Shown here in pieces: positions 11,820 to 21,529 of a stretch of 64,000 nucleotides of DNA; within the stretch, counting starts at the first letter, position 1, and the number at the start of each line of letters is the position of its first letter. Below the pieces are notes generated by a model that worked only from the letters and a program-made list of their open reading frames with translations, searched no databases and was not told the origin of the DNA. Source of the DNA: Macrostomum lignano (Eukaryota); the NCBI GenBank assembly GCA_002269645.1, contig NIVC01002079.1, positions 142,640-206,639 on the forward strand. Reading direction: 5' to 3'. Made by a program: the position numbers and the translations under genes.

Positions 11820-11840
11820 TTGCCGGATCTCTCTAGCCAG
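11820..11840 (+). other. Candidate 21-nt microexon
   Basis: Pyrimidine tract tttcctttctggtcatccgcag|TTGCCGGATCTCTCTAGCCAG|gtaaat in AT-rich flanks. Confidence 0.55.
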
Positions 11841-12294
11841 GTAAATAAAAAACTCACAAATAGTATTAATTTTGTAAATAATTATAAAATCCAGCGTCTT
11901 CTTGTGTGTCAGCCTGGAGCTTTTTCATATAGTCTTGCGACTAACGACCAATCAATCAATTTCTCTGCTTGTTGATGAATCTCTGTAATAAAAATACCAG
12001 ACCACATTTTTAGTATCGCTTTTCGTAACCCTGCTTTTGTAGCCTTTTTTGTCTTGTATACAGTTTTGTTTTAATAAGCAGGATCTTTTTTTCAACTCTA
12101 GCGAAAATTTGCGTCGTACTTTCGTTTGACTTTGTGTTTTTTAATGAAGTTTGAAATTAATACCGCGCTTGAGTCTTCTGCTATCGGAATTCTGTTTATT
12201 AATCTCATTTCTCGATGAGGATACAAGTCTTGGAGCTTCATTGCTTTTAACGGTTGTAATATCCACTCTTGCTGTAAATCCTTCCTTGCATTTC

Positions 12295-12595
12295 CCCCAT
12301 CTGTCTCTTGTCTTGCATCTCCCCTCCCCTCCATCTGTCTCTTATCTTGCATCTCCCCTCCCTCCATCTGTCTCTTATCTTGCATCCCCTCCCCTCCATC
12401 TGTCTCTTATCTTGCATCCCCTCCCCTCCATCTGTCTCTTATCTTGCATCCCCTCCCCTCCATCTGTCTCTTATCTTGCATCCCCTCCCCTCCATCTGTC
12501 TCTTATCTTGCATCCCCTCCCCTCCATCTGTCTCTTATCTTGGATCTCCCTCCATCTGTCTCTTACCTTGCATCTCCCCTCCATCTCTTGTGTTG
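12295..12595. repeat. 32-bp pyrimidine-rich minisatellite
   Basis: Unit ATCTTGCATCCCCTCCCCTCCATCTGTCTCTT, about 9 copies. Confidence 0.95.
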
Positions 12596-12702
12596 CACCT
12601 CTCAGGTCGCATATAAATTGTCTTTGATCTAGAGTATTAGTGCCTACTAATAGTAGAGTGCGCGTACATGTGTCAGTCACTCGCACACACTTCAGCAGAA
12701 GC

Positions 12703-12984
12703 ATGTCTACCCCAGAAGAGGCCTCGCCGGCAGCCTTCGAAGAAGAGTCCGCAGAGCCTGACGCCGATCCAGCACAATGGACTCCAGCTGGCGCAGAAAT
12801 CCGGCGCAGAAGCAAATCGGAGCGGTTGCGCCGAACCCAGGAACAGATCGATCGGATGCGAGCCAACATGAAGAACTGGGAGGTGAAACGGTGGCGAAAG
12901 CGGTGGTCAACTAGAATCGGTATTGCTGCGGCTATGCTGCTGTTTTCCGCTGGCTGCTACTACTTGTACTTTTACTACAGGTAG
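12703..12984 (+). CDS. 93-aa tail-anchored protein resembling the C-terminal basic region and TM of TC-PTP48
   Basis: Acceptor cacacttcag| just upstream. An acidic N-part, then IRRRSKSERLRRTQEQIDRMRANMKNWEVKRWRKRW, then the hydrophobic stretch IGIAAAMLLFSAGCYYLYFYY at the extreme C-terminus. Confidence 0.75.
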   Translation: MSTPEEASPAAFEEESAEPDADPAQWTPAGAEIRRRSKSERLRRTQEQIDRMRANMKNWEVKRWRKRWSTRIGIAAAMLLFSAGCYYLYFYYR

Positions 12985-13467
12985 TTGCGCGTTCCAGTGC
13001 TGGTGCGTTGTGTCCGCCAGCTAAGTGGTAGTAGATAAAAGAGTATTCGATATTGTTGCGTACGCGATATTAAAAAAAAAAGCGCTCCTCCGTGTTGCGC
13101 AAATACCGCTGCATTGGAAACCATCTGCTGCTGCCGATATGTATTGTAGTAATTGTTATGGCCCTGAGTTTCGACACTACTTGTTTATTGATTTTTCTCT
13201 CTCTTTCTGGAGTGGCTGCTGTCTGTATTTTCTATTAATTTTTAGTGTACTGTTCTTGAAATATAATTGAGTGTAGGCCAATTAGAAACTGTTTGCTTTA
13301 GTTTTTCATGTATTGCTAGTGTTGATTTTCTATTTTGTTTTACTGCCAAGTTTACTGCTGAGAGTACGAGTATACTTTAGAAAAAAGTACTATAGAGTCT
13401 AGGATTAAATAGAGACTCAATGGAAATATGACTGTAGAAGATCCATTCTGTCCATTCTAGAAGCCAA

Positions 13468-13760
13468 GGAGAATCCCAGTAGGAACTCGAGGGAATCCTA
13501 GGAAAAACCCGATGAGAATCCCAGTAGAAACTCGAGGGAATCCTAGGAAAAACCCGAGGAGAATCCCAGTAGGAACTCGAGGGAATCCTAGGAAAAACCC
13601 GAGGAGAATCCCAGTAGGAACTCGAGGGAATCCTAGGAAAAACCCGAGGAGAATCCCAGTAGGAACTCGAGGGAATCCTAGGAAAAACCCGAGGAGAATC
13701 CCAGTAGGAACTCAACGGAATCCTAGGAAAAACCCGAGGAGAATCCCAGTTGAAAACCGA
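13468..13760. repeat. 45-bp minisatellite
   Basis: Unit GAGAATCCCAGTAGGAACTCGAGGGAATCCTAGGAAAAACCCGAG, about 6 copies. Confidence 0.95.
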
Positions 13761-13851
13761 GGAAAATCCCAGTGAGAACTCGAAGGAATCCTATGTGAAA
13801 CCCGAGGAGAATCCCAGAGGGAATCCTAAGAGAATCCCAGAAGGAATCCTA

Positions 13852-14712
13852 AGAGAATCCCAGGGGCAACCCGTGGAGAATCCCAGGGGCAACCCGTGGA
13901 GAATCCCAGGGGCAACCCGTGGAGAATCCCAGGGGCAACCCGTGGAGAATCCCAGGGGCAACCCGTGGAGAATCCCAGGGGCAACCCGTGGAGAATCCCA
14001 GGGGCAACCCGTGGAGAATCCCAGGGGCAACCCGTGGAGAATCCCAGGGGCAACCCGTGGAGAATCCCAGGGGCAACCCGTGGAGAATCCCAGGGGCAAC
14101 CCGTGGAGAATCCCAGGGGCAACCCGTGGAGAATCCCAGGGGCAACCCGTGGAGAATCCCAGGGGCAACCCGTGGAGAATCCCAGGGGCAACCCGTGGAG
14201 AATCCCAGGGGCAACCCGTGGAGAATCCCAGGGGCAACCCGTGGAGAATCCCAGGGGCAACCCGTGGAGAATCCCAGGGGCAACCCGTGGAGAATCCAGG
14301 GGCAACCCGTGGAGAATCCCAGGGGCAACCCGTGGAGAATCCCAGGGGCAACCCGTGGAGAATCCCAGGGGCAACCCGTGGAGAATCCCAGGGGCAACCC
14401 GTGGAGAATCCCAGGGGCAACCCGTGGAGAATCCCAGGGGCAACCCGTGGAGAATCCCAGGGGCAACCCGTGGAGAATCCCAGGGGCAACCCGTGGAGAA
14501 TCCCAGGGGCAACCCGTGGTGAATCCCAGGGGCAACCCGTGGAGAATCCCAGGGGCAACCCGTGGAGAATCCCAGGGGCAACCCGTGGAGAATCCCAGGG
14601 GCAACCCGTGGAGAATCCCAGGGGCAACCCGTTGAGAATCCCAGGGGCAACCCGTGGAGAATCCCAGGGGCAACCCGTGGAGAATCCCAGGGGCAACCCG
14701 TGGAGAATCCCA
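13852..14712. repeat. 23-bp minisatellite
   Basis: Unit GAGAATCCCAGGGGCAACCCGTG, about 37 near-identical copies. Confidence 0.97.
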
Positions 14713-15038
14713 GGTGGAACCCAGGAAGAAACCCAAGGCGAATCCCTGTAGAACCCAAATAGAATCCCAGTGAGAACTCAAGGAGAATCCTAGTTGTAAC
14801 TCTACGGAATACCAGGGGAAATTCGAGGAGAATCCCAAGGAAAGCCAGAGGAGATTTCATGGGAACCCGGGGAAAATCCCAGTGGAATCCAAAGTGCATT
14901 CAAAGGAAACCGGAGAAAATGCAAGGAAATCCGCCGATAGTCTTAAGCGCAATTCTAGGAAATCCGAGAAAAATCTCAGGGGTATCCGGGGGTGACCTAT
15001 AATATGATCCCTGAGTTCCTGTCCCCTATTGCTGCGCC

Positions 15039-15542
15039 ATGTCCTCAGCACTGAAGGTGGCCGTAGTGACCGGCTCCAACAAGGGCATCGGGTTCGCCAT
15101 TGTGGAACACCTCTGCAAGCAGCTGGGCTCCAGCTGGGCCGTCTATGTGACCTCGCGCGATGAAGCTCGCGGCGCCGATGCTCTGAGCCAGTTGAAGCAG
15201 CGCGGAGTCGAGCCGCGATTTCACCAGCTGGACATCGACAGTCAGGAGAGCGTGGACCGCCTCGCCGCCTACCTTAAAGGCACCTACGGAGGCCTCGACA
15301 TTCTCGTTAACAATGCTGGCATTGCCTATAAGGGCGACTCGACCGCGCCGTTCGCCGAGCAAGCAGAGGTCACCATAGCAACCAACTTTTGGAGCACTCT
15401 GCGTATCTGTGATGCGCTGTTCCCTCTGCTGAGGCCGCACGCTCGGGTTGTGCACCTGTGCAGCAGCGTTAGCGATATGGCACTCAACAAGGCTTCTCCG
15501 GAGTTGCAGAAGAAGCTCACGCAGCCCATGAGTCTGGATGAG
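15039..15542 (+). CDS. CBR1: Carbonyl reductase (SDR family) copy 1, exon 1
   Basis: TGSNKGIG Rossmann motif, FHQLDID and LVNNAG. Donor GAG|GTAAGT, phase 0. Confidence 0.95.
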
Positions 15543-15599
15543 GTAAGTGCTGTCTTTGAAGTGATGTGCAACGCTTTACTTTACCTTTGGACTTTAAAA

Positions 15600-15980
15600 T
15601 AGACATAACCAATCTTATAGGCTGCAGACAGTGTTTACCCTAGACGTAACCAATCCTGTAGGCTGCGGACAGTGTTTACCATAGACATAACCAAAGCTGT
15701 AGGCTCCGGACAGTGTTTACCATAGACAACCAATCTTATAGGCTGCGGACAGTGTTTACCATAGACATAACCAATCTTATAGGCTGCAGGCAGTGTTTAC
15801 CATAGACGTAACCAATCTTATAGGCTGCAGACAGTGTTTACCCTAGACGTAACCAAAGCTGTAGGCTGCGGACAGTGTTTACCATAGACATAACCAAAGC
15901 TGTAGGCTCCGTACAGTGTTTACCATAGACATAACCAATCTTATAGGCTGCGGACAGTGTTTACCATAGACATAACCAAA
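15600..15980. repeat. 41-bp minisatellite in the CBR copy 1 intron
   Basis: Unit CATAGACATAACCAATCTTATAGGCTGCGGACAGTGTTTAC, about 9 copies. Confidence 0.95.
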
Positions 15981-16007
15981 TCAACCCCCTCCCCTCCTCA
16001 ACCGCAG

Positions 16008-16355
16008 GTTAAGCAGCTCATGTCGGATTTCGTGGCCCGAGCCAAGGCCGGCACAGTGCAGGAGGCCGGCTGGCCGCAGACCGCCTACGGCGTCTCCAAG
16101 GTGGGCGTCCGTCTCATGACCTACGCCCAGGCTAGGGAGGTCAAGGGAGACGACATTGTGATCAACTGCTGCTGTCCCGGCTATGTGGACACGGATATGT
16201 CCAGCCACAAAGGACCAAAGACTATCTATGAAGGTGCTGACACACCTGTGTACCTGGCGACCCTGCCTCCCGGCATCAAGGAGCCAATAGGAGAGCACCT
16301 GTACGAGCGCAAGGTCGTGCCGTGGGCTGTGAAGCCCGACTTTAAATTTGTGTGA
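16008..16355 (+). CDS. CBR1: Carbonyl reductase copy 1, exon 2 (protein 283 aa)
   Basis: Acceptor ccgcag|. Catalytic YGVSK (YxxxK), CCPGYVDTDM and GADTPVYLA. Confidence 0.95.
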   Translation, partial: VKQLMSDFVARAKAGTVQEAGWPQTAYGVSKVGVRLMTYAQAREVKGDDIVINCCCPGYVDTDMSSHKGPKTIYEGADTPVYLATLPPGIKEPIGEHLYERKVVPWAVKPDFKFV

Positions 16356-16814
16356 CATCTGGTAGATTTTCAATCCGAGACTTTATTAAACAGTAGTTAT
16401 ACATTTTATTAAATAATTAGCTTTTTGATAAATTAAGTAAGTAGGCATTAACTTTTTATAATCTTCATTTTATCTATTTTTCTTTATTCTATTTTTCTAT
16501 TTATCTACGAGCGTAGGTGCGAGGTTGCTGAACTATTCTAAATGATATCTTTTACATATTTTGTCTTCATGATTGGCAATTTTATTTCTATATCATGCTG
16601 CTTTCACATGTTCGTAGACTGTAGTGTAGTAATTGAAATTTATATATACTAACCTATTTCTGACTCTTTTATAGCAATTTTTCATAATAAAATATCCATG
16701 ATCTTCTGTAGTGTTTTAACATTGATGCCAAAATATTTGTAACGTCTTTTAGTTAGTTTCATAATAAATACTGTTTAGCTGTTAATTCAACTCTGTATAT
16801 GCCCCAGATGGGTA

Positions 16815-17330
16815 AGCCTAGAGTGCCTTAAGTAGGGAATCCTAGAGTGCCTTAGGTAGGGAATCATAGAGTGCTCCAGATAGGGAATCCTAGAGTGCCT
16901 TAGGTAGGGAATCCTAGAGTGCTCCAGATAGGGAATCCTAGAGTGCTCCAGATAGGGAATCCTAGAGTACCCCAGATAGGGAATCCTAGAGTGCCCTGGA
17001 TAGGGAATCCTAGAGTACCCCAGCTAGGGAATCCTAGAGTGCCTTAGGTAGGGAATCCTAGAGTGCCCCGGATAGGGAATCCTAGAGTGCCCCGGATAGG
17101 GAATCCTAGAGTACCCCAGATAGGGAATCCTAGAGTGCCCCAGACGGAATCCTAGAGTACCCCAGATAGGGAATCCTAGATTACCCCAGACAGGGAATCC
17201 TAGAGTGCCCCGGATAGGGAATCCTAGAGTACCCCAGATAGGGAATCCTAGAGTACCCCAGATAGGGAATCCTAGATTACCCCAGACAGGGAATCCTAGA
17301 GTACCCCAGATAGGGAATCCTAGATTACCT
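16815..17330. repeat. 24-bp minisatellite between the CBR copies
   Basis: Unit TAGGGAATCCTAGAGTGCCCCGGA, about 21 copies. Confidence 0.95.
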
Positions 17331-17533
17331 CCGATAAGAGTTTTGGGAAATCTTAAACAACATTAGAGTGTTTTAGAAACAAAGGAAGAAATTCCTGGGA
17401 ACCCCAAGGGGAATCTGAAGGTAATCCTTCCGAATCGCAGGGGAATTTTTGGGAAGACTTCGTGGCACTCCTTCAGAGCCAATACCCTAACCCCAAGTGA
17501 GTCCCAACAGTTCCTGTCCCCTATTGCAGCGCC

Positions 17534-18037
17534 ATGGCCTCAGCACTGAAGGTGGCCGTAGTGACCGGCTCCAACAAGGGCATCGGGTTCGCCATTGTGG
17601 AGCAGCTCTGCAAGCAGCTGGGCTCCAGCTGGGCCGTCTATGTGACCTCGCGCGACAAAGCTCGCGGCGCCGATGCTCTGCGCCAGTTGAAGGAGCGCGG
17701 AGCCGAGCCGCGATTTCACCAGCTGGACATCGACAGTCAGGAGAGCGTGGACCGCCTCGCCGCCTACCTTAAAGGCACCTACGGAGGCCTCGATATTCTC
17801 GTTAACAATGCTGCCATTGCCTACAAGGGCGACTCGACCGCGCCGTTCGCCGAGCAAGCAGAGGTCACCATAGCAACCAACTTTTGGAGCACTCTGCGTA
17901 TCTGTGATGCGCTGTTCCCTCTGCTGAGGCCGCACGCTCGGGTTGTGCACCTGTGCAGCAGCGTTAGCGATATGGCACTCAACAAGGCTTCTCCGGAGTT
18001 GCAGAAGAAGCTCACGCAGCCCATGAGTCTGGATGAG
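17534..18037 (+). CDS. CBR1: Carbonyl reductase copy 2, exon 1
   Basis: Same motifs as copy 1, with LVNNAA. Donor GAG|GTAAGT. Confidence 0.95.
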
Positions 18038-18094
18038 GTAAGTGCTGTCTTTGAAGTGATGTGCAACGCTTTACTTTACCTTTGGACTTTAAAA

Positions 18095-18678
18095 TAGACA
18101 TAACCAATCTTATAGGCTGCAGACAGTGTTTACCCTAGACGTAACCAATCCTGTAGGCTGCAGACAGTGCTTAACATAGACATAACCAATCTTATAGGCT
18201 GCGAACAGTGTTATCATAGACAACCAATCTTATAGGCTGCGAACAGTGTTTACCATAGACATAACCAATCTTATAGGCTGCAGGCAGTGTTTACCCTAGA
18301 CGTAACCAATCCTGTAGGCTGCGGACAGTGCTTAACATAGACATAACCAATCTTATAGGCTGCGGACAGTGTTTACCATAGACATAACCAATCTTATAGG
18401 CTGCAGGCAGTGTTTACCCTAGACGTAACCAATCCTGTAGGCTGCGGACAGTGCTTAACATAGACATAACCAATCTTATAGGCTGCGAACAGTGTTTACC
18501 ATAGACATAACCAATCTTATAGGCTGCAGGCAGTGTTTACCCTAGACGTAACCAATCCTGTAGGCTGCGGACAGTGCTTAACATAGACATAACCAATCTT
18601 ATAGGCTGCGGACAGTGTTTACCATAGACATAACCAAAGCTGTAGGCTCCGGACAGTGTTTACCATAGACATAACCAA
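18095..18678. repeat. 41-bp minisatellite in the CBR copy 2 intron
   Basis: Same unit as copy 1, about 14 copies. Confidence 0.95.
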
Positions 18679-18703
18679 ACCACCCCCCCCTCCTCAACCG
18701 CAG

Positions 18704-19051
18704 GTTAAGCAGCTCATGTCGGATTTCGTGGCCCGAGCTAAGGCCGGCACAGTGCAGGAGGCCGGCTGGCCGCAGACCGCCTACGGCGTCTCCAAGGTGG
18801 GCGTCCGTCTCATGACCTACGCCCAGGCCAGGGATGTCAAGGGAGACGACATTGTGATCAACTGCTGCTGTCCCGGCTATGTGGACACGGATATGACCAG
18901 CCACAAAGGACCAAAGACTATCTATGAAGGCGCTGACACACCTGTGTACCTCGCGACCCTGCCTCCCGGCGTCAAGCAGCCAATAGGAGAGCACCTGTAC
19001 GAGCGCAAGGTCGTGCCGTGGGCTGTGAAGCCCGGATTCACCATCGCTTGA
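18704..19051 (+). CDS. CBR1: Carbonyl reductase copy 2, exon 2 (protein 283 aa)
   Basis: Acceptor ccgcag|, YGVSK; ends KPGFTIA versus KPDFKFV in copy 1. Confidence 0.95.
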   Translation, partial: VKQLMSDFVARAKAGTVQEAGWPQTAYGVSKVGVRLMTYAQARDVKGDDIVINCCCPGYVDTDMTSHKGPKTIYEGADTPVYLATLPPGVKQPIGEHLYERKVVPWAVKPGFTIA

Positions 19052-19225
19052 AGCTCTGTTCGATCGTAGGACTTTTGGTTTCTGATTGAAATGGTTAAGC
19101 AACGTTTGTACTCGAATTTTCTTTCTAGGTAGCGGCTTCATATTAGCCATCTATCCCTGTCTGTGCGTGGCTCGATTCTTTGTTATTTAGCTTGACTGTT
19201 CTTTTCAATTTTTCACTATTGATAA

Positions 19226-20050
19226 TGATGTAACCGCCCTTGTCGCCTGCCCGCTCCGTAGAGAGACGAACGCATGACTAGAGGGGGCAATGACCGTAGG
19301 CTGCCTATGACCGGGCAACGACCTGACGGACCTCCAGCACCAGACTGTCCCGCCCACATGATTAGTAGCTTTTGGTAGCGCTTCGTGACCAGAGGGCCAA
19401 GGACCCACATGGACCCCACCTGTAGCCAAGGTGCAAAAACGAGAACAAAAGAAAGAGAAAATCGGAGAAAATGTGATAATTGGTGGGGGTCGAGAGAACA
19501 AAAGAAGCAAAAACGAGAACAATAGAAGCGGAGGTGGGGTGGGTGTCACATGAGAAATTTGGGGAGGAGAACAATGGCATGAGAAAAGGTTGCGCAAGAG
19601 AGGGGGATGAGTCATCGATGAGTCATCGGGGGGAAGAAGGGGTCACACGTCTTGCGTCACCGTTTGGGAGTTTGGGAGGGAATGGGGAGACGGTGAGCAC
19701 ACAAAATACTGTAAGTAGACACAGAGAAGGAGGGGACAGCGCAGGAAAAGAGTGCAGAGAGAGACAAAAAAGAGAGGAGATAGAGAAAGTACAGGAAGAA
19801 TAGGGCGGAAACAGAAGAGATAGGGTAGAGGGGGAGGTACAGAAAGGGGTAGGGGGCTCCGGAAAGGCAGGTGTGGCGGCAGGAGAGACGGGACCAAGGC
19901 AGCAGGAGGGGTGCAGCAGAGCGGGAGTCTCCAGGCCCGGTCGGAGACCTGGCCGAGTCTCGACAGCTCTGTGCAGAGGGTGCACGGGATAGGAGGCACT
20001 TTCGAAAAAGTTGCCATGCCCTATCCCGCGACCAGAGCGTGGTTACATCA
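19226..20050. mobile_element. Probable solo LTR (825 bp)
   Basis: Termini TGATGTAACC...GGTTACATCA (10-bp perfect inverted repeat, TG...CA), flanked by a 4-bp direct repeat ATAA (19222-19225 and 20051-20054). No credible ORF. Confidence 0.6.
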
Positions 20051-20399
20051 ATAATATTTAATCAAGTTAGATTAATTCAAAATACACACCGACGACGGCT
20101 GTTTTTCTTTCTGTCCTTTTTATAATCAATGTTAGTCTTGAAGTTATTTTTATCAAATATGATTTAGGAAGTCAGTTCCCACTAGCTAGACGTAAAATTA
20201 CCCAAATTAGTCATGAACTTCGCAAATGACGACGGTTTCACCTGTAGAGTTTTTAACAATCAATTTTTAACAATTTTCCTAAGAAAACGTCTTAAAAGCT
20301 ACGGAATCGGGTCAGTTTCCTTGCCTACTGTGGCTCCAGCTGTATTTGAAGGATTTTGAAAGACGCCAGCAACGTGATTTGGCAAACAGATGAAAAAAG

Positions 20400-21005
20400 T
20401 CAAGAAGACGTCTTTGAATATCCGGTCCTTTGTCGCCCAGCTGCCGAGGTTGCCGCAGTTGTGGATCTTGAAGCTGCCCGACTCTTCGCGCTTGACGCCG
20501 ACAGCAGCCTTACGAAGCTCATATCCCGGTCGCTGTTCTCCTCGAAGGTCATCATCCGTCGGAAGTCGTCCCAGTTGACTACGCCGTCCCTGTCGTGATC
20601 GGCGTGCCGCAGCATCTCGTCGATGTCTTCGTCGGTTAGAGGCTCGTCTAGTAGCAGCAGCATTGTCCGTTTGAGCTCCTCGTGCGTCACGTGACTTCCA
20701 TTGGAGCCGCGGCTCAGCACGAAGAAGGCTTCGCGAATCTCCGCCTCGTCGTCCACGTCGGCGCCGCGCATTTTGAGCACCAGGATGGCGCAGAGGGAGT
20801 TAAAATCGATGCGCGGCTTCGCGTCCGGGTCGGCGCCCAGTTTGATGAGGAATTTGCGCAGATCCGAGTCGCTCAGCTGGTGCCCGACTTTGCGCATGAT
20901 TGTTGAAACCCCGGCCATGGTGACGCTGCCCTCCGAGGTGCGGTCATTCTCTTCGAATGCTTCTTTCAGGTCCTTGAGCATGGCCTCCTCCAGTATTTCT
21001 GCCAT
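20400..21005 (-). CDS. Intronless calmodulin-like EF-hand protein (201 aa)
   Basis: Four calmodulin-spaced helix-loop-helix units (LKEAFEEND, EIREAF, LTDEDIDEML). Only EF4 (DHDRDGVVNWDD) is canonical. About 50-aa Ser/Ala/Arg tail. Confidence 0.9.
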   Translation of the reverse strand: MAEILEEAMLKDLKEAFEENDRTSEGSVTMAGVSTIMRKVGHQLSDSDLRKFLIKLGADPDAKPRIDFNSLCAILVLKMRGADVDDEAEIREAFFVLSRGSNGSHVTHEELKRTMLLLLDEPLTDEDIDEMLRHADHDRDGVVNWDDFRRMMTFEENSDRDMSFVRLLSASSAKSRAASRSTTAATSAAGRQRTGYSKTSS

Positions 21006-21529
21006 TGCTGCTATGTAGGAGCGGTAGCTCTGGTCGGTATGCCTGGCTCTGGTACTGGCCGAGGGACAGATGGTTTGAATAGAGAAGAGCGTCTTAAAAT
21101 CCGCTCCTTTGGCCTCTTGGCCGTGCCATTTTTCTCAAATTAAAGAGGGCAAGGAGTTTAAGGTTGCTACGCGTATTGTGTGCTGCGCTGCACAGCTAGA
21201 ACCCTTCGCCATCTCTCTCTCTCTCTCTCTTGCTCCTCACCCTTCCACCTGTCTCTCTGCTTATAGCACATTCTACTGCAGTGCTCTTTACTCCATCGCG
21301 ATTCCCCGTGGCCATGGTTTCACCCTCAATAAAGTGGCCGTTGTGCGATGCGGTCTTCCGCTCTTACCCCCCCCCTTCCAGTGCCCCTCTCTGGCACAGG
21401 CCAGTTTACTCTTAAGCTTTTTATACGTCGTATAGCTCGTACATATGGCTTAGCGCTTGACTTTTCTTAGTTGTCATTGGCTTACACTTGACTTCCAATA
21501 TCAATTGCATATATAATACAACCAGCTTG

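Noticed and set aside
12098-12290. Protein-like minus-strand peptide (EWILQPLKAMKLQDLYP...)
   Set aside because: It begins in a minisatellite, with no acceptor or upstream exon and no family match.
13377-14899. Long ORFs on both strands (ENPRGNPWRIPG..., etc.)
   Set aside because: They are translations of 23- and 45-bp tandem repeats, open in several frames. The same applies to the long ORFs at 21421-22882, 29963-30696, 31223-33971, 35916-36854, 37433-38937, 42471-43778 and 62763-63201.
15045-15455. Antisense ORFs over CBR, PTP, AF10, ZMYND8-like and JPH exons
   Set aside because: These are shadow ORFs expected opposite GC-rich coding sequence, with no motifs.
15600-18678. CRISPR-like arrays (33-45-bp units here and at 24925, 28060, 53062)
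   Set aside because: The units are head-to-tail with no unique spacers, there are no cas genes, and the context is eukaryotic introns.
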